The notes beneath the pieces are model-generated. The model saw only the letters and a program-made list of their open reading frames with translations. It did not search any database and had not been told where the DNA came from. The translations under genes were made by a program, and so were the position numbers. Source: Promethearchaeota archaeon (GTDB lineage Archaea; Asgardarchaeota; Lokiarchaeia; Sigyniarchaeales; SOKP01). Taken from it: DNA of 64,000 nucleotides. The stretch covers positions 160,001-224,000 of the forward strand of contig JAUVNS010000008.1 in the NCBI GenBank assembly GCA_030599585.1. Reading direction: 5' to 3'. Positions 58,726 to 64,000 of this stretch are shown here, piece by piece. Each line of letters starts with the position of its first letter. Within the stretch, counting starts at the first letter, position 1.

Positions 58726-60585
58726 ATGACTAGTTTAAATGATCCAGAGTTTCTGGTTGACGAAAACAAGGTTTGGTTTACTGGAGGTTATTGGCCTGAA
58801 GGTGTTCCTCACCAACTTAAAGATGTAGACGGTATTGAAATGTTACCGATGTGGGAAGGATTCATAAAATCTGCTAACGATTATGGAATCTGGGATAACG
58901 ATATTTGTATTTTTGTGTATGGTCCATACATGGAAAAAGTTACATTGAGAACTCTTTTCGAATATGCTAAGAAATTTGGCACATTTCTTTATGAAAACTT
59001 AGGAATAAGAAAAGGCGATGTAGTAGCAATCGATCTCCCTAATTCAATAAACTTTGTAGTAGCTTATATGGGTTGTATGTATATTGGGGCAATTGCTCAA
59101 GGCATTAATCCTACTTATAAACCAATGGAATTACTGCACTCATTAACGATGACAAAGGCAAAGGTCTTAGTTTTAATGGACATGCTTTACATCGCCGGTC
59201 CCGCAACAATTCTTCCAAAAACTGATGTGAAATTTCTAATCCCCTCCAATTTTGTTGATTTTTTCACTGCTGACGAAGATACAATCCAAAAACTCGGAAT
59301 TCCAACCGCTAAAGATAAAATCCCGAATGAAACAGAGGATTATGAAATACATTGGATGAAGGACATAATAGACGGGACTGAACCAAAAGAAATTACAGTT
59401 GAAATAGAGGTCTGGAAAGATCCTGCGGTTTATCTTATGACTGGAGGAACAACTGGACTCCCTAAAGTAGCGATGCTAAGCCATGCGAATCTTATTTCAA
59501 ATTTATTCATGATAAAACCCTGGACCAATCTCGAACCAGGCATGATAACTATTGGAAGCATTCCATTTTTCCATAGCTTTGGAATGACTTGTGTAATGAA
59601 TGGAGCTCTATCCTTAGGAATGCAGATGTTACTGTTCCCTAAACCTCCTTCAGACGATGTTTTATCAGAAACAATAGATAAACTTGAAGCACCTCAAGGA
59701 ATAATGTATACGGGAGTAGAAATGTTGTTTAAAAGACTTACAGATTATGTAAACGAAGTAGGTGTTGAAGAATACAAGAAAAAATACACTTTTGCAGAGA
59801 AGCTAAAATATGCTACACAAGGAGCTGGTCCACTTCATGATCATATTCGCGTACCTTTTGAGGAAATCTTCTGTCCGATAAGAGTTGGTTATGGTTTAAC
59901 TGAAACGTCCCCTGTTACTAGCATAGCACCATTTTGGGGTCCTAATAAAACGGGGAAGTTAGGTTTACCTGTATCCGGAGTAGATTGGGCGATATTCGAT
60001 TCAGCTGACTTTGACAAAGGTCCAATTTGTGACGGTACTCCTGAAATGAATCATTTTGGCGTTGAACATACCGGTGAAATTTGTGTTGCCGGACCACATA
60101 TTATGCTTGGATATTTAGGAGTCCAAAGCGAGCAAGAAGACAATCTTAAGATGTGGAACGGAAAGAGGTGGTTGCTTACTGGAGATATCGGGTTTATGGA
60201 CGAACACGGATTCTGTGAAATAAGAGATCGAAAGAAATCTTTAATAAAAGTTTCTGGACATTCAGTATTTCCAAAGGAAGTTGAAGATTTAATGGGACAC
60301 CATCCTGCGATAGATCAAGTTGCTGTAGCAGGATTACCAGACGAAAGCAGTGGTGAAAAGGTGAAAGCATGGATTGTACTAAAGAAAGGGTTTAAAGTTG
60401 GAAAGAATATTGAAGTTGAAGAAATTAAGAAATGGTGCATGGAAAATATGGCGAAATGGAAGAGCCCAAGATTAATTGAAGTCGCTCGAAAACTCCCCGT
60501 GTCAATAACTGGAAAAGTACAACGAAGACAACTCCAAGAAAAAGATATAGCAAAAATGGAAAGTGGAAAAGAAATAAAAGGTTAA
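58726..60585 (+). CDS. Long-chain fatty acid--CoA ligase (AMP-binding)
   Basis: MTGGTTGLPK, GYGLTETSP, TGDIG, DRKKSLIKVSG, GKVQRR. Confidence 0.93.
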   Translation: MTSLNDPEFLVDENKVWFTGGYWPEGVPHQLKDVDGIEMLPMWEGFIKSANDYGIWDNDICIFVYGPYMEKVTLRTLFEYAKKFGTFLYENLGIRKGDVVAIDLPNSINFVVAYMGCMYIGAIAQGINPTYKPMELLHSLTMTKAKVLVLMDMLYIAGPATILPKTDVKFLIPSNFVDFFTADEDTIQKLGIPTAKDKIPNETEDYEIHWMKDIIDGTEPKEITVEIEVWKDPAVYLMTGGTTGLPKVAMLSHANLISNLFMIKPWTNLEPGMITIGSIPFFHSFGMTCVMNGALSLGMQMLLFPKPPSDDVLSETIDKLEAPQGIMYTGVEMLFKRLTDYVNEVGVEEYKKKYTFAEKLKYATQGAGPLHDHIRVPFEEIFCPIRVGYGLTETSPVTSIAPFWGPNKTGKLGLPVSGVDWAIFDSADFDKGPICDGTPEMNHFGVEHTGEICVAGPHIMLGYLGVQSEQEDNLKMWNGKRWLLTGDIGFMDEHGFCEIRDRKKSLIKVSGHSVFPKEVEDLMGHHPAIDQVAVAGLPDESSGEKVKAWIVLKKGFKVGKNIEVEEIKKWCMENMAKWKSPRLIEVARKLPVSITGKVQRRQLQEKDIAKMESGKEIKG

Positions 60586-60611
60586 TTTTTTTTTATTATT
60601 TTTTTTTAATT

Positions 60612-62243
60612 TTACTCGTTTAGGCGTTTGTGCGTTTTTTTCATAATTTTATATATGTTTGTGAATTCATAAAAGAGCTTGTCGTAAACTGCCCTATTTT
60701 CTGGATTTGGTGTGAAAATGTTAGAGTATTCGATTAAATCGGGAATTTGATCCCAGGTAAGGTAACCTAATCCCACTGAAGCGATAAAAGCGGCTCCACG
60801 AGCATTTGCTTGTATAGGATCTTTAACTTGTTTGATTGTCCTATTGAGTACGTCAGCAAAAATTTGACACCAAACATTACTAGTTGCGCCACCACCTATT
60901 ATGTTAAGTTCGGGCATTACTATGTCTTTTTTCGTCATTCCTGGATTATCTTTCATCTTCCCTTTTTGGATAAATTTTTCGACGTACATATGAAGCCACC
61001 TCACATTGTAAGCAACACCCTCAAAGATTGCTCTTATTAAGTGTTCACGCGACATCTCAAGCGATAAATTATAAAAACCACCACGAACAGTATGATCGTC
61101 AACGGGAGCTCTTTCTCCGATAAGCCAAGGAGTAAAAATTAGGTTGTTAGACCCCGCAGGAACTTTCTCAACAATTCTATCCAAAATTTTGTATACATCC
61201 GGAACCTGTTCTTCTTTCATTAATTCATCCTTATGATATAAAATTTTATCTCTTAGAAATTGTAAAGCTCCTCCAGCGATTTCTTGTTCGTTTGCTACAA
61301 AATACCGACCTTTTATTGCTGAGGGGAAGCTAGCCATATTATGAAAGATATCTGTTTTTTTGTATGGTACGTGACATGTTAACCAGTCAGACGTTCCAAT
61401 GTATATGTGCCCTTCGTAATTCTTTACAGCTCCAGATCCAATAGTTGCTGTTTGTAGATCTGGTGCCCCCATGATCATTTTAATCCCCTTTTCTAAACCA
61501 AGCTCATCTGCAATTTCATCTTTAATTGGTCCCAGAACATCTGTAGACCATCTTAAATCTGTAGGGAATTTATTTGGGTCGACTTTAACCATTTTCATTA
61601 TTTTGTTGTAATACTTGATATCGTTGATATCTCGAATGTCTGTAAAAAAATGCATTTGAATGGAAGCGTAAGAGGCGGCAAATTTGCCCGTAAATTTTAA
61701 ATTTACATAATCGTGGGGTTCCAAAAACATAAAAGTCTTATCGTAAATTTCTGGATGGCAATCTTTTATCCACAAAATATGGGCAAGAGGATCTTTTCCT
61801 GATAAACTGGCGCCTCCACCTGTGACCTTAACTAATTTTAACATTTTGCGCACAGAATATCCACTTACTTGGATTAAACTTTTGTGGAATTTTTTCATAT
61901 AAGGTGCGCCTCGAGTGTCCATCCATATGATAGAATTCATTAAATGATCTCCATCTTTATCTAGAGCCACAGTACCACTCCATTGACTCGAATTACAAAC
62001 ACCCACTATGTCATTAACCGAAACTTTTCCGTTTTCAATTACTTGTTTAGCTGTCTTAAGAATGGCATTCCACCAATCGTTAGGATCTTGTTCAACCCCA
62101 CCTCCCTTTTCTACGTATAGAGGAACTTCTTGAAATGCCCAATCGACAACTTCCCCATGGGTTGAGACTATAGCGGCCTTAGGTCCGCCTGTACCATGAT
62201 CAATTGCCAAAATATATTTAGAAGAATTTTCTGTATCTGACAT
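60612..62243 (-). CDS. FGGY family carbohydrate kinase (xylulokinase-like)
   Basis: AIDHGTGGPK, EQDP, IWMDTR, IGTSDW, GERAP, RAIFEGVA, IGGGA...WCQIFADV. Confidence 0.93.
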   Translation of the reverse strand: MSDTENSSKYILAIDHGTGGPKAAIVSTHGEVVDWAFQEVPLYVEKGGGVEQDPNDWWNAILKTAKQVIENGKVSVNDIVGVCNSSQWSGTVALDKDGDHLMNSIIWMDTRGAPYMKKFHKSLIQVSGYSVRKMLKLVKVTGGGASLSGKDPLAHILWIKDCHPEIYDKTFMFLEPHDYVNLKFTGKFAASYASIQMHFFTDIRDINDIKYYNKIMKMVKVDPNKFPTDLRWSTDVLGPIKDEIADELGLEKGIKMIMGAPDLQTATIGSGAVKNYEGHIYIGTSDWLTCHVPYKKTDIFHNMASFPSAIKGRYFVANEQEIAGGALQFLRDKILYHKDELMKEEQVPDVYKILDRIVEKVPAGSNNLIFTPWLIGERAPVDDHTVRGGFYNLSLEMSREHLIRAIFEGVAYNVRWLHMYVEKFIQKGKMKDNPGMTKKDIVMPELNIIGGGATSNVWCQIFADVLNRTIKQVKDPIQANARGAAFIASVGLGYLTWDQIPDLIEYSNIFTPNPENRAVYDKLFYEFTNIYKIMKKTHKRLNE

Positions 62244-62364
62244 ATTTAATATAAATGATAATAAGGTAAATAAAGATTTATTGCGTCAGACATTTTTCCA
62301 TAATTATATGAGCAAATTTAGATTTTCTTAATCAGATATAATTAAAGTATTTTGTTGATTCTAA

Positions 62365-63762
62365 ATGGAATATGAGGAAAAAATAGCGAAAATTAAAAAT
62401 ATTGTTGATTTGCCTATTAGCAAATTCAAACCAGACGAATTAAAAGCGATATTAGAAAGGTATGAGAAAAATCATGCGAAGTCAAAAAAGGCTTTTGAGA
62501 GAGCAAGAAAAATAATCCCTGGAGGCGTAGAACATAATCTCGCCTTTAATTATCCATTCCCTCTAGAGAGTAAGCGTGTTTTTGACTGTTACATGGAAAC
62601 TGTTGATGATGTTATACTTACAGATTATTTAATGGATGGAGGACCGATTATCCTCGGGCATAATCATCCCGTTTTAACGGAAAAGGTTATCGAAGTTATT
62701 CGGAATATTGGACCATGTCATGGAATAACTAATGAATACGAATATCTTGCTGCCGAACAGCTTCAAAAGCATTTCCCTTCTTGTGAAATCATAAGATGGC
62801 TCCAAACAGGGACAGAAGCCGATATGCTTGCCATAAGGATTGCCAGAGTTGCTACAAATCGCAAATGGATAATTAAAATAGGCGGAAGTTATCACGGATG
62901 GTCAGATCAATTGGTTTACGATATGCACGTTCCTGGAACAAAGCTATTAGAATCCCATGGAATACCAAAAAATGTGTTTAAATTCACCGATTCTTGTCCT
63001 CCAAACGATATTGAAACATTGCGGCAAATGTTTAAAGAAAAGCGAAAAGTTGCTGCAGTATTAATTGAACCAATGGGGGGAGAATCAGGAGCTAATCCTG
63101 TCAGACCGGGATTTAATAAAGAAGTAGAAGAATTATGTCATGAAAATAAAGCACTTTTGATTTCCGACGAAGTTGTGTGTGCTTTTAGATTGCATATGGG
63201 TGGTGGTCAAGCGTATTATGGATACGACCCGGACTTATCTGTGTTTGGTAAAATTGTAGGACATGGGTATCCCTCCGCTGCTGCTATTGGAGGTAAAGAA
63301 GAATATATGAAATTTTGCGCAGCAGGAGTGGGTGGTGGAAAAAGAGCTTATAGCGGAGGAACTTTAGCAGCGAATCCGTTAACGTGTGCTGCTGCATATA
63401 ATGCAATTAAATTAGTCGAAGAGACTAACGCAACGGAAATAGCTGGAAAAGCTGGAGCTCGATTAGCTAGCGGATTAAATCAAGTGTTTGAAAAACATGA
63501 ATTACCCTGGTTTTCATACAATTTGGGTGGAACGGTTCATTTTCATACATCCTGTCTTTTTGGTTTAAGTTTTGATATACCCGATCAAGTAGGGCAACTA
63601 CCAAAAAGAAAGAAATTTATGGAATACATAGGAGCGGCTTTGGTGGATCAAGAAATTATCTCTGTTGCGGGAAGCAGGTTTTATATGTGCATACTACATA
63701 CCGATGAAATTGTTGACGAAACCGTTGAAAAAATAGATAAAATCTGCCAAAAAATTGAATAG
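62365..63762 (+). CDS. Class III PLP aminotransferase, glutamate-1-semialdehyde aminomutase-like
   Basis: IPGGV, GPIILGH, TGTEA, GSYHGWSD, SDEVVCAFR, FGKIVGHG, GTLAANP. Confidence 0.88.
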   Translation: MEYEEKIAKIKNIVDLPISKFKPDELKAILERYEKNHAKSKKAFERARKIIPGGVEHNLAFNYPFPLESKRVFDCYMETVDDVILTDYLMDGGPIILGHNHPVLTEKVIEVIRNIGPCHGITNEYEYLAAEQLQKHFPSCEIIRWLQTGTEADMLAIRIARVATNRKWIIKIGGSYHGWSDQLVYDMHVPGTKLLESHGIPKNVFKFTDSCPPNDIETLRQMFKEKRKVAAVLIEPMGGESGANPVRPGFNKEVEELCHENKALLISDEVVCAFRLHMGGGQAYYGYDPDLSVFGKIVGHGYPSAAAIGGKEEYMKFCAAGVGGGKRAYSGGTLAANPLTCAAAYNAIKLVEETNATEIAGKAGARLASGLNQVFEKHELPWFSYNLGGTVHFHTSCLFGLSFDIPDQVGQLPKRKKFMEYIGAALVDQEIISVAGSRFYMCILHTDEIVDETVEKIDKICQKIE

Positions 63763-63849
63763 TTTTTTCTATACTTTCAATTATTACCTTATTTTTTTAT
63801 TTGATTAAGATATACATTCAACAATATTGGTAAGTATTATAATATCTGA

Positions 63850-64000
63850 TCACTCAGGTAAATAAAATTTGCATACGGTGCATTGCCGTGCTTTCAATCT
63901 TCTTTCGGGACCAAGAATTATATATTTACTTTTCATAGTACCGCTGCATTTAGGACAAGTTTTTACAAAATTTTCTTTAATAGAATTTAAGACAAACTGG
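63850..64000 (-). CDS. C-terminal part of a Zn-finger protein (partial; not in ORF track)
   Basis: Manual translation ...VKTCPKCSGTMKSKYIILGPERRLKARQCTVCKFYLPE-stop (TGA at 63850-63852). Confidence 0.65.
   Translation of the reverse strand, partial: QFVLNSIKENFVKTCPKCSGTMKSKYIILGPERRLKARQCTVCKFYLPE

Noticed and set aside
1-64000. tRNA/rRNA genes, IS elements, integrases or prophage
   Set aside because: No GC-rich structured-RNA islands in the intergenic gaps and no transposase, integrase or viral hallmark ORFs were seen; a tRNAscan/Infernal run would be needed to exclude small RNAs formally.

Overview
AT-rich (roughly 30% GC by eye) archaeal chromosome segment, most consistent with an Asgard archaeon of the Lokiarchaeia/Promethearchaeota type. 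This is inferred from Alba, a histone-fold protein, Sec11-type signal peptidase, Taw2/Trm11-type tRNA enzymes, herA-nurA-mre11-rad50, GAGGTG-type RBSs, U-tract terminators, several GPH/MFS transporters and many acyl-CoA enzymes. About 60 CDSs are supported. I could not see rRNA, tRNA, a CRISPR array, transposase or integrase. Main themes: (1) acyl-CoA/B12 radical metabolism with several enzymes whose catalytic residues are altered (acyl-CoA mutase, AbfD-like dehydratase, CoA-transferase-fold pair lacking the catalytic Glu); (2) a mosaic threonine cluster (ACT-hom-thrC, thrH) lying between the two CoA-transferase subunit genes, where the conserved N-terminus of thrC has no canonical start codon and joins hom through a prfB-like 'AGAGG-T-TTT-TGA-G' junction; (3) a chromatin/DNA-repair neighbourhood (Alba, alpha3-truncated histone, HerA/NurA/Mre11/Rad50); (4) a carboxylesterase interrupted by an in-frame TGA at a conserved Trp; (5) possible eukaryote-like modules (tandem longin-like protein, GIFT+RHH+HeH protein, tail-anchored microprotein). 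Family calls come from motif recognition by eye, and reference residue numbers are recalled; no database searches were run.
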